Part shown: piece by piece, positions 16,659 through 27,157 of the stretch | How the letters are laid out: each line of letters opens with the position of its first letter | Position numbering within the stretch: position 1 is the stretch's first letter | NCBI GenBank assembly: GCA_965198005.1 | Contig: CBDAOI010000004.1 | Coordinates: 1,888,001-1,952,000 of the forward strand | DNA length: 64,000 nucleotides | Source: Spirochaetia bacterium | GTDB lineage: Bacteria > Spirochaetota > Spirochaetia > SZUA-6 > Bin103 | Direction: 5' to 3' | The notes under the pieces: model-generated | Told to the model about the DNA's origin: nothing | Databases searched by the model: none | What the model saw: the letters and a program-made list of their open reading frames with translations, nothing else | Made by a program: the position numbers and the translations under genes

Positions 16659-19103
16659 ATGCTGGAACAGGTCCTGGCCGAGTTGCGCGGCGACGGGCGC
16701 TTCATGCGTGGTGTCCACCATTGGGAGGTGGTTCCGGGGCGGGCCGCGCGTTGCGTGCAGTTTCCGCGCGAGGTCGACGCGCGCATCCGCGGCGCCTACG
16801 CCGAACGCGGCATCAGCCTGCTCTACACCCATCAGGCGCGCTGCTATGAGCTGGCGCGAGCGGGTCGCAACGTGGTCCTGGTCACGCCTACCGCCTCCGG
16901 CAAGACGCTGGCCTACAATCTTCCGATTCTGCAGAGCCTGCTCGAGGATGACGCGGCCACCGCGCTCTATCTGTTCCCGACCAAGGCGCTGGCCCAGGAC
17001 CAGCAGCACGCGCTGGGGCAGGTGGTGCTCGGCGGCGCGGTGCCGCTGCAGGTGTTCACCTTCGACGGGGACACGCCGAGCGCGATTCGCCCCAGGGTAC
17101 GCGCCGCGGGCCGGCTGGTGATCACCAATCCCGACATGCTGCACACCGGCATGCTGCCCAACCACCCCAAGTGGAACCGCTTCTTCCGCTCGCTGCGCTA
17201 CGTGGTGATCGACGAGCTGCACACCTATCGCGGCATCTTCGGCTCCCACCTGACCAACGTCCTGCGCCGGTTGCGGCGCATCACCACGTTCTACGGCGCG
17301 GCGCCGCGGTTCATCTGCTGCTCGGCGACCATCGGCAATCCGTTGCAGCTCGCGCAGCGGGTGCTGGGGCAGGAAGCGGAGCTGATCGACGACAACGGCG
17401 CGCCCGCCGGCGAGCGCCACTTCGTGCTGTACAACCCACCGCTGGTGGACGCGGCGCAGGGGATCCGCCGCGGCGTGGTGGTGGAGGCGCAGGCGATCGC
17501 CACGCGCTTGCTGCTGCAGGGGGTGAAGACGATCGTGTTCGCCCGGTCGCGGGTGCGCACCGAGCTGATCGCGAGCTACGTCCGCGATGCCGTGCGCCGG
17601 CGATACGACGACCGGCTGCCGGCAGCGCGCGGGCGCCTCGAGGTGGCCTCCTACCGGGGCGGCTATCTGCCGAACGAGCGGCGAGCGATCGAGCGCGGTC
17701 TGCGTAGCGGCGCGATCGCGGGCGTGGTGTCCACCACCGCGCTGGAGCTGGGCATCGACATCGGCGGGCTCGATGCGTCCGTTCTGGCCGGGTTTCCGGG
17801 CACCATCGCCTCCAGTTGGCAGCAGGCGGGGCGCGCCGGCCGCAGCAGCGCTACCTCGCTGTCGATCCTCGTGGCCTCGGCCTCGCCGATCGATCAGTTC
17901 ATCATCCGTCATCCCAAGTACTTCTTCGAGGGTTCGCCCGAACGCGGCTGGGTCGATCCGGACAACCCGTACGTGCTGCTCGACCAGCTCAAGTGCGCGG
18001 TGTTCGAGCTGCCGTTTGCGGAAGCGGAGTGGGAGGGCGCCGGCGCGGCGCCGTTCGGGCGCGAGGTCGGCGACCTGCTGGAGCACCTGGACCGCGGCGG
18101 CGTGGTGCGCCACACCGCCGCCAAGTGGTTCTGGTCGGACCGTTCCTATCCGGCCGAGAACGTATCGCTGCGGTCGGCGACCGCCGGCAACATCGTGATC
18201 GTGGATCAGACCCGGCAGCGCGGGGAGGTGATCGGGGAGATGGATCTGCCCTCCGCCAAGACGCTGTTGTTCGACGGCGCGATCTACCTGCATCGCGGCG
18301 CGCAGTACGTCGTCGCCCGTCTCGACCTCGGCAATCAGCGCTGTTACGTCGAGGAGACCGACGCCGACTACTTCACCGACGCCATCGTCAAGACCGACCT
18401 GAAGATCCTGCAGCGTGATCTGGAGGAGGACCACGCCGCGCTGCGGATGCTGTTGGGCGACATTCTGGTGCGCAACCAGTCGACCAGGTTCAAGAAGCTG
18501 CGGTTCCGGACGCACGAGAACGTCGGCTACGGCGACATCAGTCTGCCGGCGGAGGAGATGCACACCCGGGCACTCACCCTCTGGTTCCCGCCGTCTACCG
18601 GCGGCGGCGCCTATCTGGCCAGCCGCGGCGAAGCGGAACGGGCGTTCATCGTCGACCGGTTGGGCGTGCTGCTGCGCAACGTGGCGCCGGTGTTCCTGCT
18701 GTGCGATCCGCGCGATCTGGGTGTGGTGGGCAGGCTGCGCGACGCCACCCTCGAGTCTCCGGCGGTGTACGTCTACGACACCTATCCCGGCGGCTCCGGG
18801 TTGGCCGAGGGGTTGCATCAGGCGTGGCCCGCGGTGCTGGCCGGCTGCCGCGATCTGGTGGCGGCGTGCGGGTGCGCCAGCGGCTGTCCGTCGTGCATCG
18901 GACCGCCGGATGAGCAGGGCACCGGCTCCCGGCGCACGGTGCTGGAGGCGCTGCACCATCTGCTGCCGTTGCCGCCACCGCCCGGCGCCGGCAACGGCCG
19001 CGCGTCCGCCACGCGTCCGGCGGGAGCCCCGCCCGCGCCCGTGCCGCCCACTCCCGCGCCGGCCGCACGCCGCGAGCGCGCCGCGTCCCTGGTGCCCGCG
19101 TGA
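16659..19103 (+). CDS. mrfA: DEAH helicase with DUF1998 (MrfA/YprA/Hrq1 family)
   Basis: TPTASGKT, PTKALAQDQ, DELHTYRG, QQAGRAGR, C-terminal CGCASGCPSC. Confidence 0.9.
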   Translation: MLEQVLAELRGDGRFMRGVHHWEVVPGRAARCVQFPREVDARIRGAYAERGISLLYTHQARCYELARAGRNVVLVTPTASGKTLAYNLPILQSLLEDDAATALYLFPTKALAQDQQHALGQVVLGGAVPLQVFTFDGDTPSAIRPRVRAAGRLVITNPDMLHTGMLPNHPKWNRFFRSLRYVVIDELHTYRGIFGSHLTNVLRRLRRITTFYGAAPRFICCSATIGNPLQLAQRVLGQEAELIDDNGAPAGERHFVLYNPPLVDAAQGIRRGVVVEAQAIATRLLLQGVKTIVFARSRVRTELIASYVRDAVRRRYDDRLPAARGRLEVASYRGGYLPNERRAIERGLRSGAIAGVVSTTALELGIDIGGLDASVLAGFPGTIASSWQQAGRAGRSSATSLSILVASASPIDQFIIRHPKYFFEGSPERGWVDPDNPYVLLDQLKCAVFELPFAEAEWEGAGAAPFGREVGDLLEHLDRGGVVRHTAAKWFWSDRSYPAENVSLRSATAGNIVIVDQTRQRGEVIGEMDLPSAKTLLFDGAIYLHRGAQYVVARLDLGNQRCYVEETDADYFTDAIVKTDLKILQRDLEEDHAALRMLLGDILVRNQSTRFKKLRFRTHENVGYGDISLPAEEMHTRALTLWFPPSTGGGAYLASRGEAERAFIVDRLGVLLRNVAPVFLLCDPRDLGVVGRLRDATLESPAVYVYDTYPGGSGLAEGLHQAWPAVLAGCRDLVAACGCASGCPSCIGPPDEQGTGSRRTVLEALHHLLPLPPPPGAGNGRASATRPAGAPPAPVPPTPAPAARRERAASLVPA

Positions 19104-20365
19104 GCCGGTCGCCGGGAGCGCGGCTCGGCCTGGTCGCGCCGCATCTGTCCCCCGCGCCGGTGGCCGGACCCGCGGCCGGGCGTTCGGTCCGGTCCCGGCT
19201 GCCGGCGGAGCTGCTGGACGCCGGCTGGCGCGAGGTGCGCCCATGGGTGTACTGCCGGGACCACGCGGTGCCGCGCCCGGCAGGACTGGAAGCGGCCGGC
19301 GTTCATCCCCATCTGCTGGCCGACCGGGCTCCGGTCGCACTCGAGGAGTGTCTGTTCTGGGACACGGAAACGACCGGTCTCGGCGGCGCGGGAACCGTGA
19401 TCTTCCTGGTCGGGCTCGGCTGGGCGGAGGGCGACCGGTTCCGCCTGCACCAAGTGTTTCTGGCCGACCTGCCGGGGGAACGCGCGCTGCTGGAGTATCT
19501 GCGCGGCATTTTCGCGCGCTACCGGGTGTTCGTTTCCTACAACGGCCGGGCGTTCGACGCCGCCGTTCTCCGCACCCGGTTGGTGCTGTCCGGCGTGACG
19601 ATGGCGCTCGGCTACCAGCTCGATCTGCTCTACCTGGCACGCCGCTTCTGGAAACGGATCACCGGCGACTGCCGTTTGACCACCATCGAACGGGAGGTGC
19701 TCGGCGTCGAGCGCAGCGGCGACGTGCCGGGATGGATGGTGCCCGAGATCTATTTCGACAGCCTGCGCCGCGGCCGGCTGGGTCAGTTGCCGGCGGTGTT
19801 TCGCCACAACCGGGAGGACGTCGCCAGCTTGGCGCGTCTGTTGGGCGTGATCGAACGGATTCTGCGCCCTGGTCCGGACGCCGCGGGCCGGGTGGACCGC
19901 GCCGCCGTGGGCGTGTTCCTGTTGCAGCGCGGCGATGAGCGTGGCGGTGGGTTGCTGCGGCAGGCGTACGACGCCGGCGACGCGGAGGCAGGCAGGTGGC
20001 TGAGCCTGTACCTCAAACGGCGCGGTGACTGGGCGGGCGCGGTGCGGCTCTGGGAAGACCTGCGGGCGACCCACGGCAGCCTGTTCGCGGCGGTCGAGCT
20101 GAGCAAGTTCTACGAGCATCGGGCGCGCAACCTGGAGGCGGCGCTGGGGTGCATCAGGCCGTTCCTGGTGCTGGAGCGGCGGGTGCTCGGGACGGGGACC
20201 GGGGAGCTGGCCCGGCGTGAGGCGCGCATTCGGGTCAAGCTCGCGCGCGGCCCGCAGCCCGTCACTGACGCGGCCGCCGCCGCGGCCGGCGCGGGGCTGC
20301 CGGGGCCGCCGGGGCCGCCGCCGGGGCCGCCGCAGCTACCGGCGGCGGTGCGTCAGCCGCAGTAG
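19100..20365 (+). CDS. mrfB: RNase H-like exonuclease with TPR-like C-terminus (MrfB/YprB)
   Basis: FWDTETTGL, SYNGRAFD, DLLYLARR, HNREDV; GTGA overlap with the helicase. Confidence 0.85.
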   Translation: MSRSPGARLGLVAPHLSPAPVAGPAAGRSVRSRLPAELLDAGWREVRPWVYCRDHAVPRPAGLEAAGVHPHLLADRAPVALEECLFWDTETTGLGGAGTVIFLVGLGWAEGDRFRLHQVFLADLPGERALLEYLRGIFARYRVFVSYNGRAFDAAVLRTRLVLSGVTMALGYQLDLLYLARRFWKRITGDCRLTTIEREVLGVERSGDVPGWMVPEIYFDSLRRGRLGQLPAVFRHNREDVASLARLLGVIERILRPGPDAAGRVDRAAVGVFLLQRGDERGGGLLRQAYDAGDAEAGRWLSLYLKRRGDWAGAVRLWEDLRATHGSLFAAVELSKFYEHRARNLEAALGCIRPFLVLERRVLGTGTGELARREARIRVKLARGPQPVTDAAAAAAGAGLPGPPGPPPGPPQLPAAVRQPQ

Positions 20366-21213
20366 TAGCAGATGCGGTAGCGGTCCCGTTCCACGAACCC
20401 GAGGGCGTGGTACAGGCGCACGGCGGCCGCGTTCTCCAGCTTCACGAACAGCGTCGCCGACCTGCCGGCGGCGAACAGTTCCTCGAGCAGAATCGTCATC
20501 ACCGCGCGGCTGAAGCCGCGGCGCCGCTGCCCCGGCTCGGTGTACACGCCGCCGATCTGGTCCACGGCATAGCCGCGGCCGTTGGTGCTCGCCTTGGTCA
20601 CCGGTCGCCCGTCAATGGTTCCGTAGTAGCCGGTCTCGCTGCGCAGGCTGGCATGCAACCGGCGCAGGCAATCCTGTCGGCTGAACCGGGACGGCTCCAG
20701 CAGCACTTCCTCCAGTTCGTAGGCCCGTTGCAGCTCGTACAGTTTGCGCGCGTCTCCCGGACGGGCGCGCTGGATGCGCAACGCGGCGCACCGGGACTCG
20801 GGGGCGGGGGGCCGGTAGCGTGCGGCGTCCACCGTCATCAGCCGGTAGTCGACGCTGGCATCGCCGTATCCGAGCAGCTCCTGGACGCGCCGCACGTCGC
20901 TCAGGGTCCCCATCACCGAGAACGGAGAGTTGCTGTAGCCGAGGATCATTGACCGTACCTCGGGCGGCAGCGGCCGTCCGTCGCGCAGCGCCGGCAACAC
21001 CAGTCCCGAACGGGTTACCAGGAGCGCGGAGGCGGGGCTGCCGTCGGCCAGGCTCGCCACGACGCTCCAGGCACGGGCACGGCGCGGCCATTGCGGGCGT
21101 TCGCCGGCCGCTCGCAGGCGCGAGCTGAACGGGACGTAGGCCCACTCGCGGCGGCGCAAGCCGGCAGCGATGCGCTCCAGCTCGCCCGCCGCGGCCGCGC
21201 GCCAGCGGCTCAT
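20353..21213 (-). CDS. GNAT family acetyltransferase
   Basis: QIGGVYTEPGQRRRGFS, TLFVKLENAAAVRLYHALGF. Confidence 0.85.
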   Translation of the reverse strand: MSRWRAAAAGELERIAAGLRRREWAYVPFSSRLRAAGERPQWPRRARAWSVVASLADGSPASALLVTRSGLVLPALRDGRPLPPEVRSMILGYSNSPFSVMGTLSDVRRVQELLGYGDASVDYRLMTVDAARYRPPAPESRCAALRIQRARPGDARKLYELQRAYELEEVLLEPSRFSRQDCLRRLHASLRSETGYYGTIDGRPVTKASTNGRGYAVDQIGGVYTEPGQRRRGFSRAVMTILLEELFAAGRSATLFVKLENAAAVRLYHALGFVERDRYRICYYCG

Positions 21214-22868
21214 GGCGCCGGTGCGTGGAATTGCACCGGAAGTTGCCCGGTGGCGGCGTAGTCTCCGGCCAGCACGGCGAATCCGGCAATAAAGGAATCG
21301 GCGCCGGTACCGTATACCGCGATGGCCGTGCGTACCCACGGCACGGTCTCAAGATACACCGGGGTCAGCGTGGACACCACCGTTACGCGATCGGCCAAGT
21401 GCTCCAGCCGCTCGAGGACCTCCAGACTGTTGTCGTCGGCCAATTCGAAGATCACCGTATCGTAGGTGCGGGCGAGCAACGGGATGCTCCACCGGTGCGG
21501 GCTGGTGGAGATGCTCTCGGCGTCGGGAAAGCGCCGCCGGCCCGCTTCGAAGAACGCCCCGTGCTGCCCCACCAGCAGCGTGCGGCCGCGTTCCGCCGGC
21601 AACGGGAGGCGGTCATCACCGCGCACTGCGGTCACCGCGCGCGCCGCCGCCGCGAAGAAGAATTCCGCCGCCCCGGGCGCTGGTAGCCGTTCTCCCAGTT
21701 CCCGGGCCAGCGAACCTGCCGCAGCCGGCGGATCGGCGGAGAACGCCTTCCGTTTGGCCTCCAGCACGCGGTGCGCCGCCGCCAGCACGCGCCCGCGAAA
21801 CTCGACGTCCTCCTGCATCCGCTGCAGCGCCAGCTCCCAGGCGCGCTGCTGCCAGATGGGGGTGTGGGAGATCAGCACCATGTCGCTGCCGGCCTCCACG
21901 GCGCGCAGCGCGGCCGCGGCCGGCGACGCGCCGTCCTCGAACGCGCCGACCATCTCGAGGTCGTCGGTGATTACGATGCCGGCAAAGCCGAGGCGTTCCC
22001 GCAGCACGTCGCCCAGCAACCGGGGCGACTGGGAAGCGGGCCGCCGATCGCCGGTGATGACGGGGAAGGCGACGTGGGCGGTCATGATCGCGGGCAGCCC
22101 TTCCGGTACCAGGAACCGGTACGGAATCAGCTCCCGTTGCCAGATCTGTTCCAGGCCGGCGTCGACCTGCGGCAGGGTGAGATGCGAGTCACTCGATACC
22201 GCGCCGTGGCCCGGGTAGTGCTTGGCGGTAGCCACGACCCCGGCGCTCTGCAGGCCGCGAAAGAACGCCACCGCCAGCAGGCCGGTTGCGACCGGATCGG
22301 AGCTGAACGCACGCGGGCCGATGACCGCGGCGTTCGGGTGGGTGTACACGTCGACCGTCGGCGCGAAGTTCATGTTGATGCCGAGCGCCGCCAACTCGAG
22401 ACCGATGTAGCGGCCGGTCCGGTAGGCGTCATGCGGCAAACTTCCCGCGCCCAGCGCCAGATTCCCCGGGGTTTCGGAACTCTCGAACTTGACGTGGCGG
22501 ACCCAGCCGCCTTCCTGATCGGTGGCGACGAACAGTGGAATCTGGCGCGGCTGGCGGCGTGCGGCTTGCTGCATCCGGTCGACGGTCGCGGCAAGCTGTG
22601 CCAGCCCCGCCACGTTGCGCGGGAAGATCTTGACGCCGCCGAGGCCGCGCTGCTCGATCCACCGCCGGACGTAGGGCGAGAACTCGGGGTCCGGGTAACC
22701 GAGGATGAACACCTGCGTCAGCAGTTCCTCGTCGCTCAGGCTGGACGCCAGCGAGCGCATGGCGGCGGGGCTGGCCAGCGCGTCCCAAAAGGTGGCGTCG
22801 GCGGCTGCGTTCGGGCCGGCCGCCACCGCGAGGAGCAGCCACCACCAGGGCCGCGGCGAGCGCTTCAT
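21210..22868 (-). CDS. Glycoside hydrolase family 3 (NagZ-like beta-N-acetylhexosaminidase)
   Basis: DQEGGWV, KHYPGHGAVSSDSH, ITDDLEM; signal peptide; ATGA overlaps at both ends. Confidence 0.9.
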   Translation of the reverse strand: MKRSPRPWWWLLLAVAAGPNAAADATFWDALASPAAMRSLASSLSDEELLTQVFILGYPDPEFSPYVRRWIEQRGLGGVKIFPRNVAGLAQLAATVDRMQQAARRQPRQIPLFVATDQEGGWVRHVKFESSETPGNLALGAGSLPHDAYRTGRYIGLELAALGINMNFAPTVDVYTHPNAAVIGPRAFSSDPVATGLLAVAFFRGLQSAGVVATAKHYPGHGAVSSDSHLTLPQVDAGLEQIWQRELIPYRFLVPEGLPAIMTAHVAFPVITGDRRPASQSPRLLGDVLRERLGFAGIVITDDLEMVGAFEDGASPAAAALRAVEAGSDMVLISHTPIWQQRAWELALQRMQEDVEFRGRVLAAAHRVLEAKRKAFSADPPAAAGSLARELGERLPAPGAAEFFFAAAARAVTAVRGDDRLPLPAERGRTLLVGQHGAFFEAGRRRFPDAESISTSPHRWSIPLLARTYDTVIFELADDNSLEVLERLEHLADRVTVVSTLTPVYLETVPWVRTAIAVYGTGADSFIAGFAVLAGDYAATGQLPVQFHAPAP

Positions 22869-23741
22869 CGGGCGCGGGTCCATGCCGGGCAGCGATAGCG
22901 GGAGTGCTCCAGCTCGTGCGCCAGGGCCTGCTCGGCGGCGGTGAGGGCCGACCGCCGCGCGTCCAGCCGCGCGACCGCGGCCGCCGCCAGCGCGTGCTGC
23001 GCGGCGGCGTGTTCCCACCGCCGGCCGGTTTCGCCGGCAACCGACGCGGCCGGCGCGGGCGGTGCCGCCAGTGCGGTGCTACCAGCGCGCCAGTGCTGCC
23101 GGTGCTGCCCGGGCGGCCGGTGCGGCCGGTGCTGCCGGCCGCTGCGCGCCGGCGGGCTCGGCGCGGCGGCGCAGGTACCGGTCGAGCGCCGTGTAGCGCG
23201 GGGACAGCGGGATGGTGCCGTGCTGCAGCGAAGCGTCGCGCCGCATGGTCTGGGCGCTGCCGACCAGCTTGCGCCCGCCGCCGGCGCTGACTATCTCGTA
23301 CTCGGAGGTGGTGCGGTAGCAGTCGGGGTCGACCGCGCCCGGAGCGCCGGCGCCGGCCCCGGCCGTCTGCACCGCGGCGCGGACGCCGAGGGCGGGAAGC
23401 AGTTCCAGCAGCATGGCCGCCGCGGCCCGGTAGGCGGCACGCTTCGTGAACGGCTCGAGGAGGTGGCGGCCGAGGATGATGGCATAGGTAACCTCGTCGT
23501 CGTGGAGCACGGCCCGTCCACCGGTGGGGCGGCGCACCAGCCCGATCCCGGCGTCGCGCAAGCGTTGCGGGTCGATCACGTCGGCGGCCGGCTGAAACCG
23601 CCCGAGCGAGATACAGGCGGGTCTGAATCCGTACAGCCGCAGCACCGGGCTGGCGCCGCCGGCCATCGCCTGCAGCAGCGCCTCGTCCACCGCCATGTTG
23701 CGGGCGCCGCTCTGAGGGGGATCCACCAGCAGCCGAATCAT
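22865..23741 (-). pseudogene. Lipoate-protein ligase A family (LipM-like), frameshifted in a 9-bp repeat tract
   Basis: NMAVDEALL, VRRPTGGRAVLHD, KLVGSAQ, LQHGTI; stop at 23079 but the expected C-terminus (LTAAEQALAHELEHSRY...WTRAR*) continues in another frame to 22865. Confidence 0.75.
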
Positions 23742-24430
23742 GCTCCCCCGCCCGCAATCCCGATTTCGGCTTCGCTGCGTCGCAGGTAGAGCGGCAGCAC
23801 GGCGCCGGTCGCGGCGGTGGCGGCGGCCCGATGGGCGACCTCCAGAAAACTGAGCGGCGCGCCCACCGGCGTGTCGGGATCGATGTTCCAGTCCTGCTGC
23901 GGCACCGGTGCCAGCCCAGCCAGCGCCGGTGCCGCGGGCCCGGTCACCAGCACCGCCTCCCCGGCCTCGGCCACGCCTGCCACGGTGGCGGCCAGCGCCG
24001 CGGGCGACTGGTCGACGTAGGCGCCGACGCGCCGGCCGCCGCGGTAGGGCGCGGCGTAGAAGCGCCGCTTGCGGGCATCGATGACCGGCACCACCAACCC
24101 GGCGAAGTGGCGATGCGTATGGGCGAGGACGTCGAGCCCCGATACGCCCACCAGCCGGGCGCCGGTCGCGGCCGCGATCCCCTGGGCCGTGGCCAAGCCG
24201 ATACGTACGCCGGTAAACGAGCCGGGACCGATGCCGACCGCGATCAGGCTCAGGTCGCGTACCGCCAGCCCCAACTCGCGGGCCGCGTCGGCGATCCGGG
24301 GCGCGAGCTGGGCTGCGTGCTGAAGGCCGACGCACGCGCAACGGGCGACCCAGGCGTCGCCCCGGGCCGCCGCCACCATGAGCGCTTCGGTAGCGGTGTC
24401 GATGGCGAGCGTGTTCTGCGGCCAGCGCAT
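23738..24430 (-). CDS. tsaB: tRNA threonylcarbamoyladenosine biosynthesis protein
   Basis: LAIDTAT, GPGSFTGVRIG, IDARKRRFY, PLYLR. Confidence 0.93.
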   Translation of the reverse strand: MRWPQNTLAIDTATEALMVAAARGDAWVARCACVGLQHAAQLAPRIADAARELGLAVRDLSLIAVGIGPGSFTGVRIGLATAQGIAAATGARLVGVSGLDVLAHTHRHFAGLVVPVIDARKRRFYAAPYRGGRRVGAYVDQSPAALAATVAGVAEAGEAVLVTGPAAPALAGLAPVPQQDWNIDPDTPVGAPLSFLEVAHRAAATAATGAVLPLYLRRSEAEIGIAGGGA

Positions 24431-24903
24431 TACGGGTAGCGAATCTCCAGCCGGCGGCTCAGATCGGGCGCCAACTCGAGGCGCACGCAAATGGTATCGT
24501 CGGGCAGGGTGTCCCCGGCCCGTTCCGGCCATTCAACGACCGTCAGGCCGGAGCCGTGAATGAAGTCGTCCAGCGCCAGCGAGGCGAGCTGATCGGCCGA
24601 GGCGACCCGGTACAGGTCGACGTGGTAGAGCGTGACTGCCACGCCGGCCGCGCGGCCGGGATACTCCAGCACGAGTTGATAGGTCGGACTGGTAACCGCC
24701 TCGGTTATCTCGAGACCCTGCGCCACGCCGCGCGCGAAGGTTGTCTTGCCGGCGCCCAGCGGGCCCGCCACGGCGACCACGGCACCGCGGCCGCCGGCCA
24801 GCCGGGCGTGCAGCCGTTCCGCCAGCCGCGCGCCCGCGGTCAGGGTGTGCTGCTCGGTCGTGCAGGTGAGGCGGGTGGGGGGCGTCACGCGGTACGTGGT
24901 CAC
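24430..24903 (-). CDS. tsaE: tRNA threonylcarbamoyladenosine biosynthesis ATPase
   Basis: GPLGAGKTT, VTSPTY, HVDLYR, VEWPE. Confidence 0.93.
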   Translation of the reverse strand: MTTYRVTPPTRLTCTTEQHTLTAGARLAERLHARLAGGRGAVVAVAGPLGAGKTTFARGVAQGLEITEAVTSPTYQLVLEYPGRAAGVAVTLYHVDLYRVASADQLASLALDDFIHGSGLTVVEWPERAGDTLPDDTICVRLELAPDLSRRLEIRYP

Positions 24904-25970
24904 GCGGTAAGTGCCGGCACACGTTCGCGCGAACGGCGGGTGAGCACAACGTCGAACATGCCCGCCGGAGTTCGCGCACCGGCGGACGCCACCTTGCCGA
25001 ACAGGGCCGCGTCCGGGGCCTGGGGGCGCGGTACGATGAGCATGATCAGGTTGCCGGCAACTATCCGCGCGCGGCCGCGGAGCCGGGCGCCCCCGGCCGT
25101 GAGCGCCAGCAGCGTGCAGACGCTGCCCAGATCGGACAGCACGCTGGCCCGCGGCCGGTCGGGCCTGGCTCCACGGCTCTCTATCGGAAACGCCGTGCAG
25201 CGGCGTCCGCCGCCTCCCTGGTCAGGCAGCCGCGGCCGGTGCCGTGGGCCGGGCAGGGTACGCGTGTCGGACAGCAGCAGCGCCCGGCGGTCTCCCACCA
25301 GGCCGTAGCCGACGACGCGGGTCATGCGCGTCCCGCCCGCTCCCGCCCGGCCGGTGACCTTGATGCGTGCCCCGCGCCGCCAGTGGACTTCGTCACCGGT
25401 CTCGTCACGCGGGACCGCGCACGCGAAGTGCGACCCGACCCCGGCCAGGACGCGCGCGGGGAACCCGCCCCCCAGGGCCGGCACCACGGTCAGTCTGGTC
25501 CCCGCGTGCGGCGAGGACGAGGATGGAATGGCGCGCTCACCGGCGGACTCGATCCTGGCCTTGATCGACAGCAGGAGCGCCAAACGGTCGCTGCGGGCAT
25601 CCGGCTGCAGGGTCGGATCGTGCTGCAGGAGCTCGATGCCGCGCAGCAGGATGCCGTCGAGCAGCCCGTGGTTGGTGAACACGGCCGCGGCCAGCCGGTC
25701 GTGGCCGATCCGCAGCAGGTGTTCCAGCACGGTACGCTCGTCCGTGGTCAGACCACACCGGCGTCCGCGGCGCCGCAACGAGCGCCGTGCCGGTCGAACC
25801 GGCAGCGCGGCGCCCGGAAGCGCGGCGGCCGCAGGCGCCGGTGGCCGTGAACCGGCCAGGCCCACCGCCACCAGTACCGTTACCAGGGCCGCGAGCAGGG
25901 CGGCCCCGACCAGGACTGCGCCGAGGTCGAGCTCGCTCAGCAGGAGGGAGGCGGTCTGCTGCAACGACAC
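24900..25970 (-). CDS. Membrane-anchored hypothetical protein, degenerate PilZ-like
   Basis: N-terminal TM helix, helical domain, then beta-rich regions; position between TPR gene and tsaE as recalled for spirochaetes. Confidence 0.5.
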   Translation of the reverse strand: MSLQQTASLLLSELDLGAVLVGAALLAALVTVLVAVGLAGSRPPAPAAAALPGAALPVRPARRSLRRRGRRCGLTTDERTVLEHLLRIGHDRLAAAVFTNHGLLDGILLRGIELLQHDPTLQPDARSDRLALLLSIKARIESAGERAIPSSSSPHAGTRLTVVPALGGGFPARVLAGVGSHFACAVPRDETGDEVHWRRGARIKVTGRAGAGGTRMTRVVGYGLVGDRRALLLSDTRTLPGPRHRPRLPDQGGGGRRCTAFPIESRGARPDRPRASVLSDLGSVCTLLALTAGGARLRGRARIVAGNLIMLIVPRPQAPDAALFGKVASAGARTPAGMFDVVLTRRSRERVPALTA

Positions 25971-25986
25971 CAGCGAACTCCCGGCG

Positions 25987-27126
25987 CTACGCGTCGAGCT
26001 GGCGCAGATACCGGGCCGCGAGCGGGTCGTTCGGATCCAGCTCCAGAATGGTCCGGAAGAACCGGCGTGCTTCGTCGAGCGCGCCGCGCTTCAAGGCCAA
26101 CACGGCCATGTTGGACATGATCTTGGTGTTCTCGGGGTCGATTCTGAGCGCCGAACGCAGGTTGCGGTCCGCTTCCGCGTACGCGCGCAGCTCCAGATTG
26201 CAGATGGCGAGCTCGTTGAGCGTGTCCCCCAGTCCGGCACGATCGACGGTCTCGGCCCCGCCGTCGTCGTCGCCGTTGCGGTGAAAGGCCAGCACCGCCT
26301 CGAACGCGCGCTTCGCCTCGGCGTAGTCGCCGGTGCGGCGCAGAGCCCAGCCGCGCAGGAAGTGCCCCTGCCATACCTCCGGATGGTCGGCAAGGAACTG
26401 GTCGACCTTGCGCAGTCCCTCGACTTCGGAGCCGTTCCGTACCAGCTCGTAGGCGTCGCCAAACGTGGCCTGCTCCAGACCGTCGGCCGCCATGCGCCGC
26501 AGCAGCTCAGCCGCCGCCACGCGCTGAGTCTGGTCCTCTCCGTGTTTCGCGTACACTTCGAGGTGCGGTCGGGCCGCGGCGTAGCGGCGTCGGGCGAGGT
26601 GGAAGTGGGCAAAGCAGAGGTGGGTCCGGGGGTGCAGCGGATCCAGTTCCAGGGCGCGCCGGTAGGCTTGCTCGGCATTCCGGAGCAACTGCTCCGCCAT
26701 TTCCTGTTCGTCACCCCGTTGCGCGGCACCGGCGTGTTCCTCGTACGCAAAGGCGAGGTTGAGCGCTGTGCCGATATCCTCGGGGTACAGTCCGGTGAGG
26801 GCCAGGAACAACTCCTCGGCCAGCAGGTAGTCGCCGTTGTGCGCCTTGATGATTCCGGCCTCGGTCAGCTCGTGCTTGATGGCCGGTTTGGCCGCGAGAA
26901 TGAACCGCCGGTAGTAGTCGGCGTCGCGGTGGCGGGGCTGGTAGGCAAGAATCTTGAGCATGGCGGCGATCGTGGCGTCCCAGGTCAGGTCATCGGGACT
27001 CACGGCGCGGGCGTTCGGCTCGACCTCGATCGGCAGCGCAATGTCGGGCTCGACCGCGAGCTCTCCGACGCGGTAGTCGAAGTCCTGCGGCAGCGAGACG
27101 TAGGCTATGTGCGCCAGCGGATCCAT
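25987..27126 (-). CDS. Tetratricopeptide repeat protein
   Basis: Multiple TPR motifs (ALELDP, ALRIDPENTKIMSN, ILELDPNDPLA). Confidence 0.88.
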   Translation of the reverse strand: MDPLAHIAYVSLPQDFDYRVGELAVEPDIALPIEVEPNARAVSPDDLTWDATIAAMLKILAYQPRHRDADYYRRFILAAKPAIKHELTEAGIIKAHNGDYLLAEELFLALTGLYPEDIGTALNLAFAYEEHAGAAQRGDEQEMAEQLLRNAEQAYRRALELDPLHPRTHLCFAHFHLARRRYAAARPHLEVYAKHGEDQTQRVAAAELLRRMAADGLEQATFGDAYELVRNGSEVEGLRKVDQFLADHPEVWQGHFLRGWALRRTGDYAEAKRAFEAVLAFHRNGDDDGGAETVDRAGLGDTLNELAICNLELRAYAEADRNLRSALRIDPENTKIMSNMAVLALKRGALDEARRFFRTILELDPNDPLAARYLRQLDA

Positions 27127-27157
27127 CGAGAGTGCACCATACTACCGCGGCGCGCCG

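Noticed and set aside
16413-19640. 1075-aa minus-strand ORF
   Set aside because: Antisense shadow of the helicase and exonuclease genes
20280-20340. GC-rich CCGGGGCCG repeats at the end of mrfB
   Set aside because: Low-complexity Pro/Gly tail at a convergent overlap; no evidence of function
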